In this document: positions 44,826 through 58,235 of the stretch, piece after piece
How positions within the stretch are numbered: the stretch's first letter is position 1
How the letters are laid out: every line of letters begins with the position of its first letter
Assembly: GCF_009914755.1 (NCBI RefSeq)
Contig: NC_060926.1
Length of the DNA: 64,000 nucleotides
Strand: one strand, 5' to 3'
From: the human T2T-CHM13v2.0 reference genome, Homo sapiens
The notes under the pieces: generated by a model
The model's database searches: none
Told to the model about the DNA's origin: nothing
What the model saw: the letters and a program-made list of their open reading frames with translations, nothing else
Position numbers and translations under genes: made by a program

Positions 44826-46885
44826 TCTCAGATAGAAATTTCTAAAAAATCTGTAGGGAGAAAGTAGTGGGGTTTCAGTTTTGCATGTGGGAAAAACAAA
44901 AGGCTTGGGAGTTTAGCTGTAAAAGAAAGGACAGTTGCTGTTGTTGCTGGGACTTCAAGGCTGTTGTAAAAATTAGCTTGGTGCTGCATTTGCTGGCAAA
45001 GTGGCAAGCAAATTTTGAGTAATATTCTGGACTTCATGTATTGTATTGAACTGGATCTTTTAGAGAGGGGTCAGGGCAGCCCCTGGGCAGCCCGCTGCTG
45101 CTGGTTCATTCTAGTCTTCCTGTTCATCTGCAGTGAGGAAGTGGGTCACTCTTCCTCTGGGTCTGCACACCCTGCCTGCAGACTGCAGCTGTAGGGAACA
45201 CACAGAATGAATGGTGGCCCAGGTGCTGGGGCTGTGGAGCTGTCACCATGGCCCTGTGTGAGTGCTGCTCTTGAAGACTGGCCCAGAACGAGTGATGTTA
45301 ATAATTAATTCAGTCCACACATATGTACTGACTGCCCACCCTGTTGCAAATACTGTGTTAAGCACTGGAATATACATTGTTCACAAAACCAGAAGTGATC
45401 CAGGCCTTTCTGCAACTGACCATTCAGAGGACACTGTAAACAAATAGCCAATAGGTATCTCTTGACATGTGGTAATAAGAGACATGAAGACAAGGGGCCA
45501 CAGCCTGATGATGGCAGGGGACGTGGAGTCATGGGTGATGTCTGTGGATTTAATTATGCAGCTTATTTTATTTATCAAAATGTATCCACATCTTTACTCT
45601 TTTATGGATAAGCCACTGGATTCCTTAACTCTTTATAATCATATCCCAAATCTGCGTAACTTAAAAATTGCATCCTATTTTCTCTTCCCAAGCACAGCCA
45701 AAGGTAATTAAAACCAGATGTGTTTGCATGAGAAAATGCGTGCAGAGCATCAAGAATGTAGATTGTGCTAAATTAATGTCGCCTTAACAAAGATAGCCAA
45801 TGAGACTGACCTTTTTTTTTTTACTGAGTTCATGATGCCCATGGGTTAATTTTGTCACTAGCAGTCATTGTCTGGACCAAGTTTGTAGTCTAAACATGTG
45901 CAGTATGAAAGGTGAATGCTCTCACACAGTCACACTCCTAATAGGAAGACAACTCTCTTGTATCCTGAGCGGCATCCCCCTTGTGCCTTCTGTGGCTGAA
46001 TTTGTGTTGTGGACTATAGCAGAGGGAAAACTTCCAATGCTAGAAATCTGAGTTTTAAAAATTAATTTAAAAATGTGTTCCTTATGGAATTGGGAGTGTA
46101 TCTGCTGTCTCGGTTTGACAAACTAAGCTTTGACTTGTGTACAGTAACAAGAGTTTTCCTGGATTTAAAGTTGTTGTCCCCAGCATATCAAATGAGGTGA
46201 CGTATATCAGATCCTGTGGTTGAGCCTCACAGTGCAGAAGGGCACCTGCTATGGGTCAGCAGCCCATTGAACAATGGAGTTTAAGACTTGCAGTTTTTGA
46301 GCTTTTCAATCACCTCTTTGCCAAAGACCAATGTGTCCATTGCTTGGCAGTTTGACATCTGGAGTCGTGTGGACAGGGGTCTACATCCAAAAGGCAGCGC
46401 CACTGGGGCTTAGTTTGTTCAGGTTTGTGTTCCTAGGCAGATGGAGGCTGTTTGTCTCAAATATAGCTGCTTTAAAAAAACAGGAGGGTTTATTGATCAG
46501 AGGTAGTGACTCATGACGTTGAAACTGTGCCTACATAACTCACATGACAAGGCTGGGGTGAAGAGGACAGGTCTGCGGAAGGCTTTCCACTTAGTCCTGG
46601 GAGGCCCCTTTTCCCTCTGTCCACCGTCCCCTCCTGCACCATCACTGTCACTTCTTTTCTGAAGGCTGCATTGATGCACATGGTTGGTGCATATGGGTCG
46701 ATTGATGCACGTGGTTGCATGTGGTTGACGCACGTGTTTGGAGTTCTCTCTCTTCCTGAGATCAGCTGCATCCAGCCATGGACCTTCTCTTTTGCCGGTT
46801 CTTTGTGAATCATAAATCTACTTATAATGCCTTTACATACTGATGTTCTTTTTCTATTTTTCCCAGACTTCAGAAATTTCTTGCC

Positions 46886-47317
<432 letters not shown>

Positions 47318-47988
47318 TAATCAGTGCCCCATCTTAGACTATCAACACCTACACAGTCTGGCCCCAGGGGTATCAGTTTTCCACTTGGTACTATCACTGC
47401 TGTAAACAACTTCATGGGCTGAGAAGCCCTTACTTTCATAACCCCCACCTTCCATCCGGGGCTGCTGTGAACTGGACAACCCTAAAGCATCCTGACAACC
47501 AGACTCCTGTTGGGCAGGCGGTATCTGGCTGGTGTGAGCCATTTACATCAGTTGTATTGAAGGGATCAATGCTATGCTGGGACCCATCCTTGGTGCTCAT
47601 TTTAGTCGACTTCATCCAGGTGGAAAGATGCAACCACACCCCCCGGAGCCCAGGTTTCTGCGGATTCCTCTCTTTTGTCTCCCTTCTGTGCAGTTTCTGG
47701 CTCCATTTTTATTTGTTCAGGCTGTTTCAGTGACCCTTCCTCACTCTTCCCCTCTGTGGGCCGTGCGCATTCCTGGCAACCAGTGCTCTGTCGGCTTTTG
47801 CAGTTGCCACTGGCTGGCTTTCTGGAGGCAGCCTCTCGTCTCTGCCTGGGTCCCTCTTCCTCCAACTTGCTCAGTGATGAGTGGGGCTCAGAGCCTCACT
47901 CACAGGCTGCCCTCCGCACCGCGCCAAGCTCATGGGAGGGGCTCGAGACCTCTGCAGCACCTAGGCACATGCCTGCCTTTCCCAGTGA

Positions 47989-48087
47989 CCAGGCCCAGCC
48001 CAGAGCTGAGCCCACAGCTGCAGAGATCACCAGTCCCCAGGCTGACCAATTCTTTACAGGTGTAGGCTGAAGCTCCAACCCACTGCA
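47989..48087 (-). ncRNA. MIR4265: Annotated microRNA hairpin MIR4265
   Basis: 47999-48017 reverse-complements to CUGUGGGCUCAGCUCUGGG (recalled miR-4265 mature); known to lie in SH3RF3 intron 1; weak hairpin, so a doubtful miRNA. Confidence 0.75.
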
Positions 48088-49959
48088 CTTTTCTCTATCG
48101 TGAAATCGGATGTGAATTTAGGGTGCAGATCCCAGGAAGAGTGATGACGCCTGGGGATAACAGTGTGTCTTGACAGAAGAGTTAGGACCCAAAGCCAGCA
48201 TCTCCCAGGAGAAAGCAAAATAGTCATTTTCTAGACCCCGGGGAACAAGTCTCCTGACAGTATCAACAGGAGGGGGTACTGGTTGGAGAAGGAGGTCAGG
48301 GTGACGGTTGTGTCCAGCTCAGCAAAGCCAGGTCCTCGCCTCCTTTCACCCATGGGACCCCCCAGATGTGCCAGTCTGCTGTCGGCTGCCTGCTTCTCCT
48401 ACCTCCTGCAAGCTCTGCAGGTGGCAGGGCCCTTTCTACACTCACGGAAGTCTCAAACAAACTTCTGTGACACCTCCTCTGGTGTGTGGCCATCATTTCC
48501 AGCCCCCTGCCCAAGTCCTCTTCTGGGGTCCTTGAGTCTCCTGGGGGGGGGGTCTCAGGTATGTGCCTAGAACTTCTGCTGCAGCCCCTGGCCTGTCCCC
48601 TGGGCCCCACCCTGAGTCACCTACCGGGTGGGGTCCCTGAGCTCCTGGAGAGCAGCAAGGGAATGCTTCCCATGGTCCAGCCCCCTGGGCGGACTCTTGC
48701 GCCTTTGTGACTGGGTGAGCTGTGCATTTCCAGTTCTTTGCCAGCTGCCCCACCTCCCCACCCACATCCCTTCCATTGGTGTTCTCAGGAATAGGTGTTT
48801 ACAGTCTTATTTTTTCTTAAAAATTCCCATGCATGTTATATTCTACTCTAAAATGTGCCTCCTCTGATTTTAATAGGACCCCAAAGCACCCTGTGGGGTT
48901 AGCTCCACAAACTTGGAATCAAATATGTGTCCCGTGACTTCTTCCCATTCCCTGGCCCCCAGCACCCACACAGGCACCCAGCTTGCAGGCACAGCGGCCG
49001 AGAGTGAGGGAGGGGCTGCCTCCTGGGCTCCCCAGGGACAACGGGGCACTCTGCTCTCCCCAGTGGCTGAGGGAGGAGGATTCTAGTCCTGTCACCAGAA
49101 GCCTCTCTGGGTTCTCTGGGGGCAGAACGCCTCTGCTTGGCTGCATCTTGGAGCCCTCCATCCTGGAGTCACCTGTGAGGTCAACTGAGCGGAGCATGGG
49201 CTGTCGGGCCTGGGTTTATTTTCTGATCGTTGGTGTCCTCTGGCTTCACCTGCCAAAGCATCGAGGATTGTTGTTGACTGATGGAAGTGCTATAGGCTTG
49301 TCGGTAAATGTGGGGAAAGGTGGCTGTCATTGTGGGACGTTTTCACTCTCTAAACTTAAGTGGGAAATTTCTGTCAGGTTGAGGAATTGTCAAGGATGTC
49401 GGCTTTCAAGGTGACAATTGTCGTGCTGACAGATACAGCACATGGGTGGTAGTGGAGTGCCGGGGGCTTGGGGCTGGTGTCCTGGCTGCTGGAGTGTGAT
49501 TTGGCACTAGAGATGAGGAAAGGGAAAGTGCCACTGGGATGCTGGTATTCCTGGTGGTGTCCCTGAGCCCGGGAACCCAGTGTGGGGGGCCTGCCATGAT
49601 GGCCACAAGGTAACCTCAGGAGGAACCTGGGAAACGTTTTATATTAAAGTTTTCATTTAATGGTCCATTCTGTTTGTCAAGTGGTGCATATAGAAAAATT
49701 GTGGCAGTTGCATGGAATTTCATTTGGAAACAAATTTAAATAAAAAGTGAGTCAATTTAAAGGAACTCATTAAGTAAGTATCGTGAAACTGAGGCTTGGA
49801 GGACCATAGTTTGGATAAAAAATGCCTTAAGTTGAAGTGAAATCAGAACCTCAAAGCGAGATGTGCAATCTCATGTTCATTTCAGCATTATTCACAGGGC
49901 CAATATCTGAAAGCAACCCAGATGTCCATCACCAGATGAATGATAAAGAAAGTGCAGTG

Positions 49960-50420
<461 letters not shown>

Positions 50421-53269
50421 TTATGCGAAGTGAAACAAGCCACAGACACAGAAAGGCAAATACTGTGTGATCTCATTCATATCCGGAATCTAAAAACACT
50501 GAATTCATAGAAGCAGATAGTAGAAAGGTGGTTACGAGGCGCCGGAAGTGTGGGAAGAGGAGATACTTGTCAAAGAGTAACACTTTCAGTTATAAGATGA
50601 ATGAATTCTGGAGTTCTACTGTGCAGCATGGTGACCATAGTTAACAATACTCGATTATATACTTGAACTTTGCTAAAAGAATAGATTTTAAGTATTTTCA
50701 TGACACCACGAAGGTAACCACGTGAGGTGATAGATATATATTAACTGGAATGTATATGTATATCAAATTATCACTTGTATACCTTAAATATATACAATTT
50801 TTATTTGTCTGTTATACCTCAATAAAACAGGGGAAATATAAATTTAACATGATAATGAAAAGTACTTTTAAAAAACACACAAAGCTGCCTCAAGTCATAG
50901 AACAAGCAGACCTAGCTTTCACCATGACGTCTCTAGGTTTGTTCTTTCAGCCCTGGTTTCCTGTGTGTCTGAAGGCTCACGCCCAGCTGTGGATGTGCTG
51001 AGGCTTTGTATGAGGGAAGAGTTTGAACGAGGTGAATATGAGGAACAGGGCAATTTTATGCTTGCAAGCAGCGTTGGGAAAATTGCTTTGTTTGATTTTT
51101 AAACCTAAATGGCAAACATGAGAAACCCAGCCTTTGGGATTTATTTTGGACATGACAGGTGTTCCCCGAGTCCTTATGCCACTGCACTGGGTCCAGGTTG
51201 GGCCACTCCCAGGCCCACCTCCAGCTGGTGATGCATGCCTGGCAGGGGCCACCTCACACTGTCTGCATCAGTCAGGCACCAGGCTGGAGCCTGAGCCACA
51301 GCAGAGCACTGACCCGGGGTTGAGAACCAAGAGACGGGCAGGGGGCGGAAGGCATGGTGGGAATAGGCCTCGCTCAGCAAGCTTTGTTCCCAGAGCTGGG
51401 GTGCTGGGGCGGTGTGGACACTGCGCACTGTGGGGTGAGCGCGTTCAGTGCCGATCTCAGGGCAGCGGGCTCACACCCGGCTCCTGGGCTCTAACAGGTG
51501 TGGCATAAGAAACTCAGGGCTCCGTGTCAGGAAGGGCCCTTTGGAGAAGCTCGTAAGCAGAGTGTTAAGGGCCCTCTTACGGGGCCTGGAGTCATCTCTG
51601 AGTCTTCCCTCACCGGCTCTGTCTGTGTCTCCAGGTTTGGTCATTTCTTTCTCTTGTAAGGGGCAGTTCACTCCTGCCTTTCTGCTGCTTCTGAGACAGA
51701 GCCGTGTCCTGGCTGGGTCCTTCCTGACCACGGTCTCCCCAGTCCATCTGTGCCTGTGGCCCCGGTGATTGTCTTAAAATGCTGTTTGGTGGTTACAAGC
51801 CCACTCAGCCCCCTTTAGTCCGGACTTCATGCCAGGTTTGCAGTCCCATGGCCCTGCTCATGACCCTGTGAGCCCTGCCCCTCTCTTATTCCTGCACTGT
51901 GTTCATTCCTGCTGTTGGCTCTTTGCTTATGGAAGACCGGTCGCCTTCACCATTGGTCTGTCTGTCCGTGAGGGAATGCCGCCTCCTTTCTCATCTGTGG
52001 GAGGCTGCAGAGAAGCCCTCATGAAAGGGGCTGCTTCCTCACACATCCTCCACCCCTAGGCTGTCCGGGGGGCCTCACTGTTGCACGCATGGTCGAGCGA
52101 CCTTTGGCACTGCTATCGCCATGCGTTTCTAGACTCTCGTGGACTTCCTAAGGAGCACTTTTCTAGAATTTATCTTCTGGTTGTTTTACAGGTCTTGGGT
52201 GTTCTCACAGGTCAGGACCACACCATCCGTTGAGCCTCCCCACCCGTGTGAAAGGGCGGGAACCCAGGAGCAGTATTGGTTTGTTGGTTGGCATGGGGTC
52301 AGGGGTGTAGTGGCCAGTGGCAATGCTTCCACATCACCAGGCTGAAAGGCAGGACGGAGCCGCAGAGCTGGGGAGGCTGCGTAGGGCTATGGGTGTGCGT
52401 GGAGCCCTGGAGCCCGAATGCCTGGGTTCATGTCTCCCTCCCCACACATTGTTGCTGTGTACCCCTGAGCAAGTCAAGGGGCTTGGCAGTGTGACCTCCC
52501 GGCCGCAGTGTCCTTGTCTATGTGGGCCGACGGAGTCCATGCGGGCCGAGGGAGTCCATGCAGGAAAAGTGCTGAGAGAGGTACCAGCTGAACAGTTAGA
52601 TTTAGTGAAGGTGAGGTGTCACCACTGTTACTGTTCTTGAGTCTTAAGTTTTCATTAGAATACGTATTAGAATGCATGGTACACTAATAATGGCCATTAT
52701 TATTGGAGCTAACACTTGTTGGTCACTTAGTTCTGGCTGCTCTTATAGCCAGATTAAGGGTCAGGCAAAGGGCATCAGTAAAGGTCCCTGAAATGTTACT
52801 GGGACAAATTGCCAAAGGGATCATTCCAGCTTCCCAAAGGTGGCCAGGGCCTCAAGAGCAAAAGAATACTAGTGACTAATCACTCCTCTGTATCACTGGC
52901 CCATTTCTGTGGAGTCTGTGGAGTCTTCTTGCATCAATTCCGTGCCAAGAGGCCTCCAGTGTGGTGGACAAGCTCATGGGTCCTGTGAATGTTCAATGGC
53001 AGGAGGAAGGGCACTTCCTAGCACTTTCTTGTTTCTGTTTAGGATCCAAGAAGCCTACCTCTGAATGCACGCTCTCCCCAGCACCACCTTCAGGCCCAGC
53101 CCTTCCTCCACCATGGGTCTGCACCATGGGTGGCTGACTGACCATCTCCTTGAGGCTGCTTTGGTCCCCAAAGTCAGGCTGGGACCCTGAGGAAGGGCCT
53201 GGATTGGGGGGCCCCATAGAGTCTACATCTGAGTATCTTTTTTTACAATCCTTCCTTCGAAAACTTGCG

Positions 53270-53409
53270 GATCTCTCCTTTCTTTAGTGCCCCCCCCATT
53301 CCTTCTGTTTTCCTCTGTCCTCCCCTTCCTAACCCTCCCCTCCCCTCCCCTCCCTCTCTTCCCCTCTTCTCTTCTTTTTTCCCTCCCCCCCCCCCCCCCC
53401 CCCCGCCCC
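53270..53409. repeat. Polypyrimidine low-complexity tract ending in a C20 run
   Basis: C run 53385-53404. Confidence 0.9.
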
Positions 53410-56400
53410 AATATCCTATGAAGGCCTCAGAGTCCTGTTAGAAAACACTTCTGGCAGTAACTGTTCCCATCTTTCCTCCTGGGCCCTTCCCTGGGACTCA
53501 TCTCCCAACCTGATGATGTCTCAGGCTTTCTCCTAAGTAGAGGCTCTGCCCTCCCAACAACTGTCCAAACAAGTTCTCTTCTTCCCTGTCTCGTTTTCCC
53601 CTCTTGGTGACCCTGGAGCGAGTCAGAGGGTGGGTTTCTTTTTGTCCAAAAGACAGAGGTTGGCTGGCACTTCCTCAAGGTGCCTGGGAGAAAAGACCGG
53701 GATGCCTGGACTTTCTTGGAATTACAGCTGTCCGCTGCTGCTGAGAGGTTTGCTCGAAAGATGTAAATATGGGGGTGTGGGGAGGTGGTGCTGCTCTCTC
53801 TCTATCAGAGGCACATCAGGGAACCTCAAATGCTTTTGTGGACGAGACTATCTCTGCGCTGATAAGCACCTTGTTGTTGCTGGGGCCAGATGAAAGATAG
53901 TTGTTGAGTTGCAGCTTCAGTATGCTGTTTGTATACTAGAGAAACATCATATCTGTGCGTATTTATAATTTTCCATCTACCACTTGGTCAACAGATCTGA
54001 TAAGAAGCCCACACTTGAAGGAATTAGCACTAAATGGAATGCTAAACATAGTACCGTAAATGGTCCAAAAAGAGGCCTAGTCAATTATTCAGGAGGGTTA
54101 TATCAAGGTCTCATAGCGTGTTATCGATTCCCAGTTCTCTTGAAAATGATTTATTTGTCAATTGCCCATGAAGTGACCTTTCTTGTATAGTTTCCGGCTT
54201 CTGGGTCTTAGGGCACTTTGGTTTTGTAATTTTAATTTCTCTTCTAAATATTTACGAAGTTAACAAGCAGTTGTTTTAGCTAAAATATCCCGAATTGGAG
54301 CCTAGCCCATTGATCTGTCATTTAATAACTCCTGTAGATGAGTATGCATATGCATTTCCATATATACATATAAAGTTAGACCTTTTATAAACTCTGCGTT
54401 TATAGTTATTGATTGGCAGTTCATCTCTTTAAATGAAGAGTTTTGGGGACTAGCTCATTTCTGCTGATCTTTACAGGTTTGCTTAAGATCTGTGGGCCCC
54501 TCAAAATCCATGGTATCATGGACAAGGTCAGTCGGGTGGTTTGTTGCATGGTGACTGTGGAATTCGAGTTCAGGGAAGGGACCATCTGGCTGGGCTGCCA
54601 GCCGGGTCCTACACAGCCCCCTTTGTGTGGCCTTTTGGTCTCATGCACCCAGTATGCAGTGTGTTCTTACCGATGGTGGAAACCTGGCTCTCCCACCTGC
54701 CTGCTCTAGGACTCAGGCAAATTGGGTACCTTCTGCAGTATCTGTTTTCTCTTGTGAGATGGGCCCCGATCATGCCACATGAGCAGAGCACGTGAGGGAA
54801 TCCACCGGGACGGTGTGCTGCAGCCAGCCCAGGCCAGAGCGCCATCCGTGGTTCTTCATGTCACTATGGCAGAGCTCATGAGCCAGCCATCATAGGGAGG
54901 GCTTCTTAAAGGCGTTCTTTTTTTCCCTTTTTGGACAAATTGGTAAGATGCTGTAGCTCAAACTGTGTACAAATTTCTGCACGTGTGGGCTGATACTTTG
55001 GAAGAATGAAAGAAGGGTTGAGTAATTGGCTCTGGGGAATATTACTGCTGACTGGTGCCATTTTGATGAGTAATAGACCCCATTAGATCACAGTAAAATA
55101 CTCGATTATGTATAATTAAAGATGGCATTAGTCAGGCAGAAGCCACAGCGTTTAAAAATGTGAAAGGGATAATTTCTAATGCTGAAAAGTGCATTCATGG
55201 CTGAAGAAGCAGAGCGTAATGTGTAGTGAATTGAGTTCTGAAGTTACTGGGGCTCGGTCATAGACAGATGCTTGTTTAGCAGGACAGCTGGTGTTCTTTT
55301 ATTTTTAGGTCTCAAAAATGTGTAGGGACAGCAATCATGGCAGTGTTTTTTTTTAAAAAGTATTTTAGGTGAATTCATGGCTTGTGGAACAATTCTGATT
55401 GGTGGTTTTACCCAAAAAAAATCAAGTTCTAGACTTTATTCTTTGTGGAGCAGACAGAGCCCAGGCAAGCTTTGGGAATCTTTGTTTCCCTGTTTGCACT
55501 TCTGGCTTTCAACTGCAGATCCCCCTTTCTCTTCTCATTTATTCATTTGCTCTTTCCTTCCTTCAGAGGCTTCAATTGAGTGCCTCATGCAGGCCAGACA
55601 CTGTTCTGGGCTCTGGGAAGGAGCAGGGAGCCAAGCTGAGACTGGCCTAGGAGCTCACATTGATGGAGTGGGCAGGACTCAGGGCAGGGCCACACTGCTG
55701 TCCTTGGTCCACACCCACTGCTTTTATTCGGACTTCTCTAGTCAGACACTAAGAATGTTCTATGGCCCCCCGGGACCCGTTCTCTGGGAGATCCATTGGC
55801 TTAGAGCTGAGAAGTCTCTTTGGCTTGACTTGAGCTCCTCTACTCCATTTAATCAAGAGTCAAGTGTCTGGCAGAGACTTTCGTTATTAATAACGTAGCT
55901 ATTAATATTCACATTGACAGTCATTTGCACTTCTAAACCTCTTTAATCTCAGAGGTTGCCACAGCATTTCATGGACCTCAGATGAATGGCTTCAAAGGAA
56001 GGCACAGGGCTCTCTACCATGAGGACCCAAGGGGAATTCGCTTGTTTGACAGAGCAAGTGTGTTAAGGCAGCCGTCCCTGGGTCTTGCATGCAAGGTCCA
56101 GCAGGAGGACAGCTGAGCATCTCCCTGCACGTGTCCATTGAGCACCCACATGTCCTTTGGCTCTCTGTGGCAGCAGCAACGTTGCAGAGAGCAAGATAGT
56201 CTGGCCTCGTGGTGCTTACGTTCTAATTGGTGCCATGGGGGCTCTATCAAGACGTTGTGAGTAAGTGACAATTGGAAAACCTTAGCTACAGTGGAGATGC
56301 TTTGTAGTGCAGGTATTTTTGTACTCCAGTTGGACTTAATTAAGATTAAAATACCAGGGGGTTCTTTTTCTGCTCGTGGATATTTTTTGTCCCAGTGGAA

Positions 56401-56442
56401 GGTTGAAATCACTTTTTAATTGCAGCTGTGTTCTTTTATTAA

Positions 56443-56606
56443 ACTAGTGGTTCTTGACTTGGGGTGCATGTTGAAGTCCCCTGGGGAACCTCCCCAAACA
56501 CTGATGTCTGTCTCAGCCCAGGGCCCTGTGATGGGTCTGGGTGCAGCCTGGCATCAGATTCAACGGTCCCCAGGTGATGCCAGTGCTGGGGTGAGCAGCA
56601 CTGATC
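56443..56606. mobile_element. MER5A-like hAT-Charlie MITE
   Basis: TAGTGGTTCTTGAC...CCCCAGGTGATGC...GAGCAGCACTG termini. Confidence 0.55.
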
Positions 56607-57009
56607 TAAACTGCAGAAGGCCAACAAAAGGTGGTGTAGAGGAAGTGGTTGTGAGAGCCAGCACCTGGAGAATCCTGCCAGATCTGCACCTGGAAGATGA
56701 GTTGGACATGGCCAGGTAAAGAGGGAGGAAGAGTGTTCCAGCGGAGGGAATGGCAAGCATGGAAGCCTAGGGTCCTGAGGAGCTTGGAGCAAATGAAAGG
56801 AGGGGAAGGGTTGGGGGAGGGGGCATGAGGCTGGAGAGGATGGCCGAGGCAGGTGGTACAAGACCATGCTAGGGATTTTTGTCTATAACCTGATGATAGT
56901 CGAAGCCATTTTATTTATGAGCCTGGAACTACTCTGCTCATTATTTCACTTAAAAAACAATTTCTTAGAAAAATAGTTTTTTTACAAAAACGAGGAATTC
57001 AACTTATTA

Positions 57010-57180
57010 ATTCACTTAGTCTGTTTAACCACACAGTGGGACAGGTATAGATAGGTGCTATGATTACCCCCATTGTGCAGACGGGGAAAGTGAGGCCCAG
57101 AGAAGTTGAGTAGCTTGTCACACAGCTGGTGAATCGTGGAGCTGGGATCTGAGCTCAGGCTGCCTCTGGTTCCAGTCTGG
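57010..57180 (-). mobile_element. MIR fragment
   Basis: ATTACCCCCATTGTGCAGACGGGGAAAGTGAGGCCCAGAGAAGTTGAGTAGCTTG..CACACAGCTGG..GAGCTGGGATCTGA. Confidence 0.7.
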
Positions 57181-57928
57181 CTCTACATTTCTGGGGGATT
57201 GGTGCGATGAGCCTCATTTCACAGAGCAGGAAGTGGAGGTGTGGGTTGGGGTTAGAATTCTGTTCTGATCTCCTCAAATCTCACACTGTTACCTCCTTAT
57301 CAGGCTGTTCAGACTTGGGGAGAAATTAAAAAAAAAGTTTTGTGCTTTTACCATACTATAAATGTGAAAAAAAATATGGGCATATAAGTCAGTGGGAGAG
57401 CTTTATGGCTGAACATAAAGAGCATTCAAATAAAGAAGCTAGTTATTTCAAGGTGCTGATGGGGGAAGTCAGGTGGTACCTTTTCCATTGCTGAAACATT
57501 GATGAAGGTCGACACTGCTTATGGAGTGCAATGCAAGGGAGAGGCTTTTATGGATAATATTGCATCATTGCACAAAAGCCAACAGCCACACCAATGTATT
57601 TGCCCTGCATTTGGTGAGGGGTGGTGGTCCTTGGGTTCTTGCTTATATTTGATGGGTTCTTGATTCACAAAGTGCAATGAATATATTGAAAATATGTGTC
57701 CAGTGGCCCAGGACACTGAGGTATCTGTGCTGTCTTCTTGTCCGAGGCTTTTTCATGTTTGTGGGGCTCCATGTTTGTGGCCATGGAAACAGACTGAATA
57801 CAGAATTTTTTCCTTCCTGGAAATCTGTGCCTACACGTCTCAGAAACATTCATGAAAAGCTAATGGTTTAACAGGTGTTCAAATAAACCATCCTTTGATG
57901 GTTCAAATTCCTAATTTTATACTCCAAA

Positions 57929-58235
57929 GCAGCACCATCCAATACAAATAGAATTTGAGCCACATATTTAATTTAAAAATTTCTGGTAGCCACGTCACAA
58001 ATGGTAAAAAGAAATTGGTGAAATTAATTTTAAGAATATATTTAACCCACTGTATCCAAAATATGTCGGCATGTAGTTACTATGAAAACTTATTAATTTG
58101 CATCCTTTCATCCATGCTGAGCCTGAAGCCCATGTGTATTTCACCCCTGCAGTACATCTGAGGTCACACTTCCCGGTTTCCAGGGCCCAGTAGGCATGTG
58201 GTGCCCACAGGTGGCTGCTGTATGGAAAGGCTCAG
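57929..58235. mobile_element. MER33/MER3-like hAT-Charlie element
   Basis: CCATCCAATA..AAAATTTCTGGTAGCCAC..TGGTGAAATTAATTTT..CATGTGG..GTGGCT..TATGGA pattern. Confidence 0.6.

Noticed and set aside
55377-55898. 173-aa ORF in intron 1 (also 47574-48065 and 60828-61328)
   Set aside because: No domain similarity, no SH3RF3-like peptide, no clear exon signals; the first partly overlaps L2-like sequence
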